NCBI RefSeq assembly: GCF_006345805.1
Contig: NW_021836290.1
Span: 136,001 to 200,000, forward strand
Length of the DNA stretch: 64,000 nucleotides
From: Octopus sinensis
Taxonomy: Eukaryota
Reading direction: 5' to 3'
How positions within the stretch are numbered: the first letter of the stretch is position 1; each line of letters starts with the position of its first letter. The notes below the pieces were generated by a model that saw nothing but the letters and a program-made list of their open reading frames with translations, was not told the origin of the DNA and searched no databases. This document shows, in pieces, positions 49,001 through 62,200 of the stretch. A program made the position numbers and the translations under genes.

Positions 49001-50760
49001 TTATGAGGCAGGACCTTCAACAAAAGACAGCACACATCGGCACTGAGTGGAGTGTAAGGGTAGGAAGGGAACATTCCATCTGTCCACGAAGCTCTAGTTA
49101 AAAAGATGTAATTCCTCTCAAACCAAGGAAACAAGCAACGCTTTCTTGAACCTTTTGGGAGATGCCCTGACCAAAGAAGGTTGTAAAGTTATCCGTTCCA
49201 GAGGGGATGCAGATACTCTTGTTATCCAAACTGGAGTGAGAATCTCTGAGGCAGAGAAACTGTGTTAGTCGGAGACGACACAGACCTACTTGCTCTCCTC
49301 ATCCACCTTGCAGGAGAAAACAAACATGGCAACCACTTCTGACCTGAACCAAAGAAAGAAGCAGAAGTCAGGTACATGGGTATTAATTCGATCAAGCATA
49401 AGCTTGGGGTCCAAGTTTGCATGCATATTTTCTTGAATTGTGGTACCACATCCAGGGCTTTTGGGATCGGGAAGACGGCAGGTTTCAAACTTATTTAAGA
49501 CAGCGAGGCATTTCGGGAAGAGGTGGAAGTTTTCAGGAGTAAAAGGGCAAAAAAAGGACGGTATCATTGCGGTAAGTGAGTAGGCAATGGCCACTGTCTA
49601 TAAATAGAACCCCAGTAACTCCCTCGATGATGTTAGATATCGCCGATTCCAAGCCCTTGTCACCACGAGTAATAAGGCAGTTCTTCCTAATACGTTGCGA
49701 CCAACATCAGCAGCTACGAAGTACCTATTTCTTTATTACCCACAAGGGGCTAAACACAGAGGGGACAAACAAGGACAGACATAGGTATTAAGTCGATTAC
49801 ATCGACCCCAGTGCATAACTGGTACTTAATTTATCGACCCCGAAAGGATGAAAGGCAAAGTCGACCTCGGCGGAATTTGAACTCACAACGTAACGCAGAC
49901 GAAATACCGCTAAGCATTTCGCCCTGCGTGCTAACGTTTCTGCCAGCTCGCAGCTACGAAGTACCATAGCCTGCATGTCTACCACCAAGTCCTAGAGTGA
50001 CATGGGAACACACAAAATGCTAAAGACTGTGGATGGAAGCTCTCAGGTGGAACATTTAAACCAGTCATCTCTGACTGTGGCCCTGCACCACAGTCGTTGT
50101 TGATTCTAGTGCTGTGCGGCTGCAAGTGAGGTTGTGGGACGCTGCGTTCTGGCTGCTGCTGCTGCTGCTGCTGCCAGCATGGGCTTCCATGCTCACCTGC
50201 TTGTTCAGAGTGCAGAGGTGTTTTTCAGAACAATGGCTAGGACAGGGATGACTGAAAAGGGAACTGAACAGACGGACATTGTGCACTGTAAGCTTTTACT
50301 ATACACCATATACTTGTGTCTATGTATTTTATTTGCTTTCTTTCTTATCCCCTGATGATGTCAATATAAACGAAAGCACTTGGGATTAGGAGTTTTATTT
50401 TATCCTGTGGTAAACAATTTTATTGTCGACGCATATGTACGTGCGGAAGTGGGGGAGCCATTTTTAATTTTATAGGAGGCGGGTAACTCATTCTTTTTTA
50501 TTTGAAAGATTAACCATGAAAACATAGGTAAATGGGTTCCTTGTTTTGGATTATATTGATTAGTTAAGAAGTTATGACCATTTAAAGTTGCGCCAAATTT
50601 TTAAAATTGGCAAAATAGTGATGCGTTTTCATTCTGTTATTTTACCATGTTCCACTCCGACGATTCTTTGGGACTTTTAGTATGTTATAAGAAACCTTCA
50701 TCTAAGTCAAATAACACTGGATTCGTTTTTGTTGCAATTGTTGTGGTGAGCCTAGTGTAC
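46015..50760 (+). mobile_element. Decayed Academ DNA transposon with XPG/FEN1-like nuclease and Cys-rich C-terminus (AcademX-like)
   Basis: CVFCNKKL.DG..KGC (46460); QAARPR..VQMHSHF..LIDTL..GFCSSY; ADNMDH..TLD..TFH.MG; TFDQ.L..KA..RLGGFH; LDGGALL, VFDGYE, GDADT, GDDTDLL, CGTTS.AFGIGK; C.CK..C.T.R..C.HGL.CS.AC.EC.G (to about 50230). Ends are approximate. Confidence 0.8.
49726..49949 (-). mobile_element. tRNA-derived SINE with Meta-like central domain, inserted in the Academ ORF with a 16-bp TSD
   Basis: GCAGCTACGAAGTACC at 49710-49725 and 49950-49965; gcctttcatcctttcggggtcgataaattaagtacc core. Confidence 0.9.
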
Positions 50761-51414
50761 GTTTACTGGACTGTAAGGGAGAAAGCTTATCTTTCATAAG
50801 GAAGATAACTTCTCAAGAAAGAGTGGTCTGTCTCCTATGAAACTGTACCTATTTCGAGGGGATATTCATCTCCTACCCCAATGATTTCACAGTCATTAGA
50901 AAGACCACAGAAATATACAAGAAAACATTTGTATAAAACATCAGAGAACAATCCAGACAGACAAAGTTCTGATCGGATTGGGGATGGAATCAAATCACGG
51001 AAAATAAAAAACAGGGAAGAAAAGAAAAGAAGACGATAGAAAAGTTGTAAAACTTACCACGATTTGTGTTTCGGTTTTACATAGCATCTCTTCACAGCTT
51101 GTGGATCTTCCTCACCTACTCTGGTCAAGGAGCTCCAGACAGTTCTAACGTTAAGCAATGCATGAAGAAGAGGAGAGAATGTGTAGAAGGATATAATCGG
51201 GGCACTGCAAGGCAATGAGGTGCTTTGGTCAATGCAAGTGGATATTTGATATGATACACACACACACACATACTCACGCACATACATACACACACAGTGA
51301 GAAATTCTTAAGTGTTAAATTCTGTACTTCATTCACCTTAAGAAAACACCTTTTGCTCATCAATAAAGGACACGTCCGACATAGTTGCAGTGAACCTCAA
51401 CCCATCTGATTATG

Positions 51415-51590
51415 TAAGTATGCATGTATGTATGTATGTATGTATGTATGTATGTATGTATGTATTTATGCATGCATGCATGTATGCATGCATGCATGCA
51501 TGTATGTATGTATGTATGTATGTATTTATGTATGCATGCATGCATGTATGTATGTATGTATGTATGTATGTATGTATTTATGTATGTATG

Positions 51591-51621
<31 letters not shown>

Positions 51622-51685
51622 GTATGCATGCATGCATGTATGTATGTATGTATGTATGTATGTATGTATGTATGTATGTATGTGT
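51415..51685. repeat. (TATG)n/(CATG)n microsatellite
   Basis: Direct inspection. Confidence 0.95.
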
Positions 51686-51813
51686 GCGTGCATATATGTA
51701 CATTCACATTTATAAATACATACTGACATGCATGTATATGCTTCTAGACAGACAGACCGGCAGACAAACTTACATATAGATAGACTGATAGATAGAAAGA
51801 TAGATAGATAGAT

Positions 51814-51859
<46 letters not shown>

Positions 51860-52086
51860 TGGATGGACGGTCAGACAGACAGACAGACAGATAGATCGAT
51901 AGACACTCATGAACGGTCTTACGATTATTACCACTGTGAATGCATTAAACAGAAGTAGTTATGGTGGAGAGGTGGGTGTGAGAAAGAAAGAAAGAAAGAA
52001 AGAAAAGAAATAGCTGGAAGTTGGTCTATGATTGAGTCTGTTGTGTGTGTGTGTGGGGGGGTGCGTGTGTGTGCACGTGCGTGTCC

Positions 52087-52243
52087 GATGGGCTTCTTTC
52101 AGTATTCGTCTACCAAATCTACTCATAAGGTTTTGGTCAGCCCGTGGTTACAGAAGACACTTGCTCAAGGTGCCTTGCAGTGGGACTGAACTCGGAACCA
52201 TGTAGTTGAGAAGCAAGCATCTTACCACAGCCACACCTGCGCC
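52087..52243 (-). mobile_element. 5' half (tRNA head) of the abundant SINE
   Basis: Reverse complement of the 55696-55840 head. Confidence 0.8.
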
Positions 52244-52699
52244 TATGCGTAAATTGAATAAAAAGATTGACGGATGGTCATATCTGGAACGCTTTTACGT
52301 TCTGATCAAATGTCAATGAGGTAAATTCAACCTTATTTAATCGTTTTGAGATTGATGAAATTAAAAACCAATCAAGTACTTGGATCGATTTCATATTCCA
52401 GTAAAACATTCTAAATATGAATAAGGTTTTAATAAAAACTTCACGATGAAGATTTTAACGAATTTCAACATTTTGTTAGACGCTTAACCATTTCTAACTA
52501 AAATCCAAACAACGAGGATTAAGTACCGAGTCAAAGAAGAAAAACAAAGCCAGCTGACTTAAGCTGTGATCTGAAGATATGTTAATAAATAGATTTGAAG
52601 AAAGCAAAGAGCCTAAGAGCAGGAGGAGGAGGAGGAGAAGGAGGCAGAAGGGGAGGAGCGCTTGCACAGTTGTGCGTGTGGAGAACAAGCGCTTGGCAA

Positions 52700-53400
52700 T
52701 CCGTTAAGTACAAGTGCCTTTCACAAATAGTGAACACATAATCGGCAGTCAGCTGTAAAAGTACTCTTTACCACACACACACACACACACATATATACCA
52801 CTGGCGGCACTCGACAGCTTTAACTAAGCAGCAGTAAGCAGTGTAAGAGGTTACTAGTGCCTAATCCACAACACCAACTACTGTTGCTTATAGCTCTTTT
52901 ACTTTCTCTTTCTCTCTATCGCTTACTCTCTCTCTCTCTCTCTCTCTCTCTCCTGCCTTTTGTCCACCCCTCTCGTTCCTCTGTGCCTTTTTTTGTTCTT
53001 GTTTCGTTTCTCTCCTTCCTTCACATTCACTCTACTTCAACTTCTCTCTCCTCTCCTCCTTCTTTCCTTCAACTCCATTCTCTCCACTCACTCACAACTT
53101 TCAGATGGCTTTAATCAGCACCAAAAACAACCCGCTGTAAATTCGATTCGAACAAATGCACGGAATTCCCACAATATCATCGGGCACGTGATTGACACAC
53201 AACCAATCGATGGCGACGACGGGGTGTTCCCCCGTTCGGTCCGCAATGGCGAGTGAAGGTAGGTAAAACATTTTTGCTGTTACTCTTCAAATTACTATTT
53301 GTTTCATCTGTTTATTTCTCTTCGCCTTTAAATTTCACTTCAAACATCAACTTCTACGGAACTTTGCAAACCCTTGTTTAGTGCGCGCGTGCGCTTCTTT
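52700..53400 (+). promoter_or_regulatory. Probable promoter/5' UTR of a + strand gene (CT-rich leader, local CpG enrichment, NRF1-like GCGCGCGTGCGC at about 53383)
   Basis: Repeat-free, pyrimidine-rich leader before an ATG and a strong splice donor. Confidence 0.35.
53210..53258 (+). CDS. Putative first coding exon (MATTGCSPVRSAMASE + phase-1 G); product unknown
   Basis: Two in-frame ATGs (the second in GCAATGG context) and an AAG|GTAGGT donor; no downstream exon identified in the window. Confidence 0.4.
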
Positions 53401-53922
53401 CTGTTCCGTTGGCCATGTACCTGTGTTATTTATTGCGATAGCCGCCCACTAATTTGGTCTCTTCAAAGTAAGAAGAAAGAAAAGAAAAGAAAGAAAGAAA
53501 GAAAAAAAAAAGAAAAGAAAGCTGTTCGTTTAGGTTTCAGGGATGATCCTTAACTTTTCTGCCAATTGTGATCTGTTCCTTAAGTTTTTCACTTCAAACT
53601 GAGCAAAATATTCTCTGGAAGATGAGCTTCTAAGTTTTCGTCACGAAATTCAGAACATTCAATCAACTACAGAGTCGGTCCTTAAGTTTTTTGACGCAAA
53701 AAATTTAAGCAAGTCCACCACTCTGTGATCTTCAAGTCTTTGACTGCAAACCCCTAAACCAGATTCATATTGATCTAAAGTACGTCTTTGAAAAGTGAAA
53801 TATAATCCAGCACTGATAGGGAAACTGCAACCCGGAATCATTTAGCAATGTGTTTACCACATGAAATTAACCACACACACACATGTATATAATGTGTGTG
53901 TGTATATATATATATATAAATG

Positions 53923-54003
<81 letters not shown>

Positions 54004-54078
54004 AGAGAGAGAGAGAAACGTGTAACCACAGATCGTTTCTTATCAAAGTTCCTGCCATAACCATCTCATCCTTTATTC

Positions 54079-54225
54079 CAGTGGTTCCCAACCGTTTCAC
54101 TGCCAAGACCCTCTTATTTAAATTAGTTTTCCTCACGGACCCCTTATCCTTATGTCTATGTGTATATGAATTTAGTTCATGGATCCCTAGTACTACCTTT
54201 GCGGACCACAGGTTAGGAACCACTG
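54079..54225. mobile_element. hAT-family MITE
   Basis: TIR CAGTGGTTCCCAACC / GGTTAGGAACCACTG; 8-bp flanks ctttattc / ctccattc (6/8 match). Confidence 0.8.
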
Positions 54226-55046
54226 CTCCATTCTGACGCAGTAACTAGGTCTGCAATTCCCCATGGGTCCTTTTCTTTTGGAAGACGATTAGCGGTTTAA
54301 GAGAGAATGGCTGCTATTTCTAGCTCATTATTTACATGATTGTCGTTAAACAATTGTTTTCGACTAAACTTCTCGCTTCAACATAGTCCACCAAATGATA
54401 CTTCAGTTCAGAAATAAACACCAACAACAATTGCCACAACTATATTTAACTCTCTTCACACCAGCCAAACAATTCAGTTTATTTAGTTTCCTTTGATTTT
54501 TACCTCCTCCCCTCCCCTCCCCTCGCTCTCTCCAATTCTTACACTCTTCTCCCCCTTTCACCCACTGTCACCATCATACACATACTCTGTCTCTATCACA
54601 CATATGCAACTCCTTCTACTATTCATAACTTTCTATTCCGCCCCCTTTCCCTCCTGCTTCCCTCATTACTGTGTCACAAGGGGAAGAGGTACAGGAAGGC
54701 CAGATGACTATCCTACTTCGCAGCAGCCATACTGACCTAATTTTCGCGCACTTTTCACACACACACACACAAACAAACACACGCACACCATCGCTTTATT
54801 TTGAATTCGTGTGTGTGTGTGCATATTTAAAATTATGTATATCTCGCTATCAAAATGTATGTCAACACTTGTATTTGTGTATGTATATATACGTGTATCT
54901 GTATGTATCTATGGATGGCTGAATAAAGAATTTGGATAACAGGAAAATATTTAGGAAAAAAAAAAATGACTGCGTTTTTGTCTTAACGCAACACACGTGT
55001 GTGTGTGGGGGGGATACAAACACATTAAACAGACAGATAGATAGAC

Positions 55047-55119
<73 letters not shown>

Positions 55120-55695
55120 TAGCATTTATATATATGGAGTGGGTAATATGTTTATGTGTGTGTGTAAAACAAAAGAAAATGTTTGTGTATTTATACACAA
55201 GTGGAGACATGTACACACATACACACATTCTTATGTTGGAAAATATGAGAGGAAGAAGGGGAGTGGGAGTGTTTCTTAAAACGAATGTATGTCATTGCGT
55301 GTGTGTAATACACGTTGTATAAGGCAGCCAGCAGTAAAGTGCAAGAAACACAACAACAACAACAACAAAAACCTGCTGCTGCTTGATGTGTTAGTATCCA
55401 TAACACAACTCCATGGTGTGTGTATGTGTGTGTGTAATCATCAGTGCAGCTAACTGGTGCTGTGAGACACAGATGTACTTTAGCATTTTATACAGGCCAC
55501 ACACACGCACTCTCTCTCTCCCTCTCTCTCTCTCGCACACACGCACACACACACATATTCCAGCCACAACTATGCTATTCCGTCTCGTACACGAGAATAA
55601 CATTTGTTGCCACTCTGTCTGTGTTTTCGTTTCTCTCACAATCTTTACAGATATATATATATATATATTATATATGTAAACATGTATATATATAT

Positions 55696-55850
55696 GCTGT
55701 GTGGTAAGTAGCTTGCTTACCAACCACATGGTTCCGGGTTCAGTCCCACTGCGTGGCACCTTGGACAAGTGTCTTCTACTATAGCCTCGGGCCGACCAAA
55801 GCCTTGTGAGTGGATTTGGTAGACGGAAACTGAAAGAAGCCCGTCGTATA

Positions 55851-55916
<66 letters not shown>

Positions 55917-56143
55917 TGTGTGTGTGTGTGCGTGTGTGTTTCTGTGTCTGTGTTTGTCCCCCTAGTATTGCTTGACAACCAATGCTGGTGTGTTTATGTA
56001 CCCCGTCAACTAGCGGTTCGGCAAATAAGAGACCGATAGAATAAGTACTGGGCTTACAAAGAATAAGTCCCGGGGTCGAGTTGCTCGATTAAAGGTGCTG
56101 CTCCAGCATGGCCGCAGTCAAATGACTGAAACAAGTAAAAGAG
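55696..56143 (+). mobile_element. Essentially complete copy of the abundant tRNA-derived SINE (internal TA/TG microsatellite)
   Basis: gctgtgtggtaag..ggttccgggttcagtccc head; tail ..ctccagcatggccgcagtcaaatgactgaaacaagtaaaag. Confidence 0.9.
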
Positions 56144-56168
56144 TATATATATATATACACACATATAT

Positions 56169-56216
<48 letters not shown>

Positions 56217-56227
56217 TATAAATTACC

Positions 56228-56410
56228 TGTTTTAGTTATTAGACTGTGTCATGCTGGAGCACCACCATAAAGAAATTTAGTCGAATGAATCGACCTAATT
56301 ATTTTTCATTTAAGCCAGGTACTTATTCCATCGGTTCCTTTTGCTAAACTGCTAAGTTATGGGGACGTAAACACACCAACACTGGTTGTCATGCAGTGGT
56401 GTGTGGGACA
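56228..56410 (-). mobile_element. SINE tail in opposite orientation to 55696-56143
   Basis: catgctggagcacc..acttattc..ctgctaagttatggggacgtaaacacacc. Confidence 0.75.
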
Positions 56411-57618
56411 CACACACACACACGTGCCTGTGTGATAAGAACTTTACTTCCCAACCACATGGTTCCAGCTTCAGTCTCGCCGTGTGGCACGTTGGGCAAG
56501 TATCTTCTGCTGTAGCCTTGGGCAGACCTGGTGAGGATTTTTGTTACATAACTTTGATATGTTTTGGCCAGTATAGGCCCAGGCCATGTCTTCTAACTCA
56601 ATAGCCCCACCTGGTGAAGTCTTAGGGCACCGTGGCCCCGAGAGAAATAGATTAAGTTGGAAGAGGTACAGAAGTATATTTTAGGGAATGTTTAATAAAA
56701 TATTACCGGTTTTGATGTATCCATCTTATCAAATATTAAAAAGAATTTGGGTAAGAGAGAGTCAGAAAAAAAACATTTGGGGGAGGGGGTCAACAGTTTG
56801 GACCCAAATTTGAGGTTTTAATGAAATTTTGCTTTAGTCAGTCTCTTGTTTTGTCTATGTAGTTCTGGAGTTGGGTTTCAGAGTTTAAATTTCAGGAAGC
56901 CTTTTGAAGTGAATGGGAAGCTCCTTATTCATGGTTTAGCCAGATGTGTGTGTGTGTGTGCGTCTGTGTGTGTGTGTGTGTGCGTCTGTGTGTGTGTGTG
57001 TGTGTGTGCGTCTGTGTGTGTGCGTCTGTGTGTGTGTGTGTGTTTATTTGAAATCTATTGTCAAACATTTTTCTTTTTTTCTTTTTCTATTGAGAAAAAA
57101 TGGTTGAATGTTTTTTAAGCATAGTTATTCAGAGAATTAAGGTGGAATTATTTGTCATTTGTTTTGCTGTGTGTTTAAGGTATATTGTCTAAGTATTTTC
57201 CTTTTCATCTTTTTTCTGTTGAGGGTATGTAGTCAATAGTTCTGACCATTTGTGTTTGTGTGTGTGTGTTGTTTTGTGTATTGTGGTATCTCCATAAAAC
57301 CAAGAACACACAGTACAAACCCACACCACAAATTTCAGAACATGTTTCCAAAAAACAAAAATACACACATACACCACCAAAAAACAAAAAAAAAACACAT
57401 ACATACGCACACACCACTAAAGATATACACAGATAGACAAAACACACACTACAAAAACAAACACAGCAAACTCTTTAACAAATTTAAAACCACAAATAAA
57501 TATCTAAACACCTACTGTCAATCAACAAATAAGGATCTGCCAAATGCACACGCACACACACGCATATCCATAGCCACCACAAGTGAGTGTATTCTATACA
57601 GAGAATGTGTGTGTGTGT

Positions 57619-57659
<41 letters not shown>

Positions 57660-57689
57660 TGTGATTATAGCTTCCTGAAGTAACAGCTT

Positions 57690-58860
57690 CCTTGTTCTAA
57701 TCCTGTTACTGTGCTTTTTGGATTACCTACTTTCGCCAAACTAACAAAATCTCAAGGAAATTCTATTTCAGATGTGCTCCTACTGTTCAACCGTTCCTGT
57801 CCATCTGTCATATATGAAGTCAACCTGTCTGTCAGCTTTGACTGTGATTCTGTTACACCTCTTGTGTACATAAAGTGCATTGTGTGGAATTTCTTCCAAT
57901 TCTTTTTCTACATATGCACAGCTATTTCATTGATGGCTGACTTGTACTTTCTTCCCTACTTGCAAGTTTTATGTCAAGACCTCTTGATTCCAGTTTTTGC
58001 TTCCATGTCTAGAATGTTTGCCCATTTCTTCTTTAGGTTCATTTGTGAAAACAAAGGCAACAACATACAACTGTTTCATTGGACTGCCTGTCTTCCCTTT
58101 CTCTATTATGGTTTAGAAGACTATAATAAACAAGAGTAAATGAAGATTTGAGCTTTGGTAGATTCCAACTGGAATGCTAAATTCATCATTTTTTCCATAG
58201 TTAAGTCTTATCTTGCTGACTGTACCACTTAACGCTACCCTCACAAGCCATTTGTTTTCATCTAGTTTCCTTAGTAATCACACCCAACATAAAACCCTGT
58301 CAAAAAGCTTCTCTAGATTGATAAATTTTCCACAGATTAATTACACCTAGTGAAGTACAACTTCTACAGTTATCTCATCAAGAAGATGGTTTGAATAATA
58401 CCTCTTCTTGATTTAAAGCCAAACTGTATTTCATCTAGGCTAATTCTTCCCTTAATCAGTTAACACTTTTAGTAACCTTCATAACTAGAGAACATATCTT
58501 TTTTCTCTTATACTAATTAATTATAGTTCTGTTATGATAAGCATTTTCTTTGACATCTACCTGATTCACTATGCAAATGAGTAGTCCATAACCTACTTTG
58601 CTAGATATTTAAGCATCACAGGAACTGTTTGAGTTACTTTCCCTATCTTTGTAGCTTTAATTTAAACTTTCAGCCATACAACTGTTCACTTTAATAGTTG
58701 TTCCTTCTGTTGTATTTATTTGTGATAGGTCATCTCTTTCTCATACATTCTTCTCATTCAACAGCCTCTCATAATAGTATTTCTATCCCTCTTTCTCTAA
58801 GCAGTGCAACTCTTTAAAGTTCCTTTGGTTGAGCTGGGTAGTATCTCTTAGATAAAACAA
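57690..58860 (-). mobile_element. Decayed RTE-clade LINE RT region with Cys-rich insertion
   Basis: Remnants of DLEKAFDR, VG.YQ.S.L..LLFIIV, QLY.A.. and CICRKRIGRNSTQCTLC..HKRC. Confidence 0.7.
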
Positions 58861-58999
58861 AATTGAAACAGAAAAAAAAAATTAGTAAAATGGTTTGGAA
58901 AAATTCCTGACATTATTCTTAGATCAAAAGTATGGAAGTTTTTGAAAAATCATGTTATTAAAGACTAGGTGAATAATGCTTAGGGTATTTTGATGAAAA

Positions 59000-60700
59000 T
59001 CTATGATAAACTAATGAATAAAGAGGAATTGCATGATAGGTTAAACTTAGTTTACTCAATCTGGTGCTGGGATGTATTTCTATAATCTTAACAATACTTA
59101 TGGATGTTGTAGCTTTCCATAAAAATTTCTAATCATGAGTTTAAATAATTATCAGAATTGTTGTTGTTAGCCAAAATAAACTTCTATCAGCTATACATAA
59201 ATTGCATGTTTTATACTCAATAAGGTCTGCTCCTCTCAAAGATTTTCCACTTTATGTCAAAACCAGTTTTATGCACTTTTAAGTTGCAAACGTAACTAAT
59301 TATCATTGTATTCCTTTTCTGTCTTTGTCTCAAGTATGATTAATATTGATGCAACCTACCTTCCACTAATGTAGGTTTACACTTTATGGTGAAGTTTGGT
59401 TTAGTAGGACTGGCTTCTACTTCAGATATTATCACTTCTGTATTTCTTGACTGGTTGAAGAGGAACGTATTGCTCTATCTACATGGGACTTCATTAATAT
59501 TTCATGTTTGAGCTACAACTGTAATTAATTTTTAGACAAATCTTGTTGAATTACTTTCTGTCGATAGGGAAATATTTATGAATAACTCTTAGCAAATTTC
59601 TGGCCATATTTGATTTGACACTTATGGGAAAAGTTACAGTGGAATTCAGGGTACATATAAGTAGAGATTTCAAAATCAAAAGATGAAATTCTACGATGTC
59701 AAATTGGAGTGGACTTCACCATTTTTATTCTTATTGATATTCAATCAACCAATTGTGATTGTGGTATTACTCTTATTCAGCTAATTACTACTATTATTCC
59801 ATTGCTGGAATCCGATTACCTTCTTAATGTTTTATTATTAATATTCATTAAGATATTCTTGCTAGTTAATCCTCATTCAGTTTTTGTAGAAATGATTGAG
59901 CTACATCTTGGACTCAAAGCAAAATTCTTTTTGTGCTTCTTAACCCCTGGAATATCAACCTGCCTAATTCTAACAATGGTTCTATAATACAAACTTCCTG
60001 TTTAAAATGATCTAAATTTAAATATCCCATCAAAGTTTCATGTTAATTTATGTTCCAAACGCATCCTTAATAATGAGTTATTTCACTAAATTCTTCATTA
60101 TTTTCAAAATTAATTCATTTCAACAGAAATATGATAACAAAAGGGTTAATCACAATGTATGCATCATGTTTAGCAGAATATTCCATCTTTTTATCTAATT
60201 TCCTATTTTAATTTTAATTTTGCTAATATCATGAGTGTTTATTCTATTTTTTTTGACAATTTTATTCTATATTAAAATTAAGTAGTTAACAATGAGTATA
60301 ATTTTTTACGTCATAAAAGTCATTTGTTTTGTCAGACTTTATAAAAATGGTTATTGCATTTTTGAATCCTATGTTTATTACTGGAAGTGTGATATCCTAA
60401 GAAACCAGGCTTCAAAGTTCAAATCCATTTATCTTCATTAGGCTTATTAATATTTTAATTACTCCATTGGTCTGTGGTTGTTCCTTTCTGAATCACAGAA
60501 GAAAGCTTTCTAATTCAGGCACTTCAACAAAGTCCTCCTCTTTCTCTCGTAGTTCCTTCATATTATACTTATTGGTTGGTGTAAAGAGGTCTTTCGTGGA
60601 CTTTGTAAAGTTTTATTCCTTCATTCTTGGTGTTATTGATGTTGCTTACACCAAGTGCTCAACTATGTTCTGAGATTTTACCAACCATACACTGTTATTT
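59000..60700 (-). mobile_element. Highly decayed Naiad-like Penelope remnant
   Basis: SNMARNLLRVIHKYFP..FNK..INYSC.PNMK-like segment at 59500-59620 and weaker flanking motifs. Confidence 0.45.
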
Positions 60701-60960
60701 CTAGCATGTTATATGACCACATAGAGGCTCCTTTGTTAGCTCAGATTGTTGTTGTTGTTGTTGTTGTGTCAATGAGGCAAGTAAATCCTGAAAATGATAA
60801 TAACTTCATAATGAACAAATTCCAGTGACATTCACTTTGTAACCACATGTTCTTGGGTTCAATTCCATTGTATGACACCTAGAGGCTGTATTTTCTTATC
60901 ACCCCACGTCCACCAATGCCTTGTTGATGGAATTGATTGGGGGAATCCTGTTGTATATGT

Positions 60961-60993
<33 letters not shown>

Positions 60994-61679
60994 CATGAAA
61001 GCTTACATTCTGCATAATCTAAACATGACGTGATGTTTAGATACACCCCTTCAGTACACCCTGCAGCTTCGTGTTGTGTGACTACAAACAGGGAAAAACA
61101 AGTAAGGCTTAGCCACAAGTAGTACGTCCAGCCTTAAAAAGACCATTTCAATAAGTGTGCAGCCAACTCCATGGCAAGCGGATGCAAAATAGACACAAAC
61201 AACAGCAGCAAAGATGATGGAGTGTTTGAAATTTCCTGTTATTTCAATGTTGTGGTATCGAGTCTTTTTCGAAATTGGTTGGGCATCTCTGAATCAAGCT
61301 ATTTCCCTCAAAATTCTTTCATTGATTCAAAAGAAAACATTTATCTTATCACCAGAAGTGGCATTGAGTTTTGATAGACAAACTTTTTTTGCAAGGGGAC
61401 CTGAGCACTGTCTACAGTAAGCATATTGTTGCTGTTGTTGCTGCTACTTAGCCTCTTGTACATGGTATTAAGCTACCCCCTACCACGTGGTTTGTAGTCC
61501 CCTGTTTTGTCTGAATTTCTGCAACTAGAAATTATCATTATTATACACAGATCTGTTCAAACTGGCTGTCTTGGGTATTAGTCACAATATTTTGACTGCT
61601 CCAGTCTTTTTCAGGTGTTTGTTATATTTGATAACGTTCTTGAAATTTGAAACCAAATCCTTTATTAAATCGATGGGAT

Positions 61680-62025
61680 GACAGACTGCGGCCATGCTGG
61701 GGCATCATCTTGAAGAACTTTGGTCAAATGCATCAAACCCAATACTTATTATTTTTCTGTAAAATCTGTTTAGTTATTCTTTCAGTCTCTCTTTGTTGAA
61801 CCACTAAGTTGTGGGGACATAAGCACACCAACACCAGTTGTCAAGCACTGGCATGGGGGGGACAAACACATACACAAAGACACACACACACATGTATGTG
61901 TGATGGGCTTCTTTCAGTTTCCATCTGCCAGATTCACTCAAGGCTTTGGTCGACTAGAGGCTAAAATAGAAGACTCTTGCCCAAGGTGCTATGCAGTGGG
62001 ATTGAACCTGGAACTGTGTGGTTGG
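61680..62025 (-). mobile_element. Abundant SINE copy
   Basis: Similarity to 55696-56143. Confidence 0.8.
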
Positions 62026-62044
62026 GCTGAACCCAGAACCACAC

Positions 62045-62200
62045 TGCCGTACAAGGGGTTGGTTGATGTTAGGAAGGGCACCCAGCCATAAAAACTGTGC
62101 CAAACACACACAGAAGTGTGGTACTGGCTTCTGCCTGGCCAGCTCCTGTCAAACTGTCCAACCCAGGCCAGCATGATGATGATGATGATGATGATGATGT
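62045..62200 (+). mobile_element. RTE-type 3' tail element ending in (GAT)n; related minus copy at 63120-63330
   Basis: ttaggaagggcacccagcc..ccagctcctgtcaaactgtccaaccc..gcatgatgatgat. Confidence 0.55.

Noticed and set aside
47336-49101. Host nuclease or enzyme gene
   Set aside because: Multiple stops and frameshifts without intron signals; the motif order matches an Academ transposon ORF.
57711-58139. 142-aa + strand ORF with an AG acceptor as exon 2 of the 53.2 kb gene
   Set aside because: It is the antisense of an RTE LINE remnant, and no convincing donor was found.
61171-61420. Possible exon or mariner C-terminal remnant (FIDSKE..RSGIE)
   Set aside because: Similarity too weak to support either call without a search.
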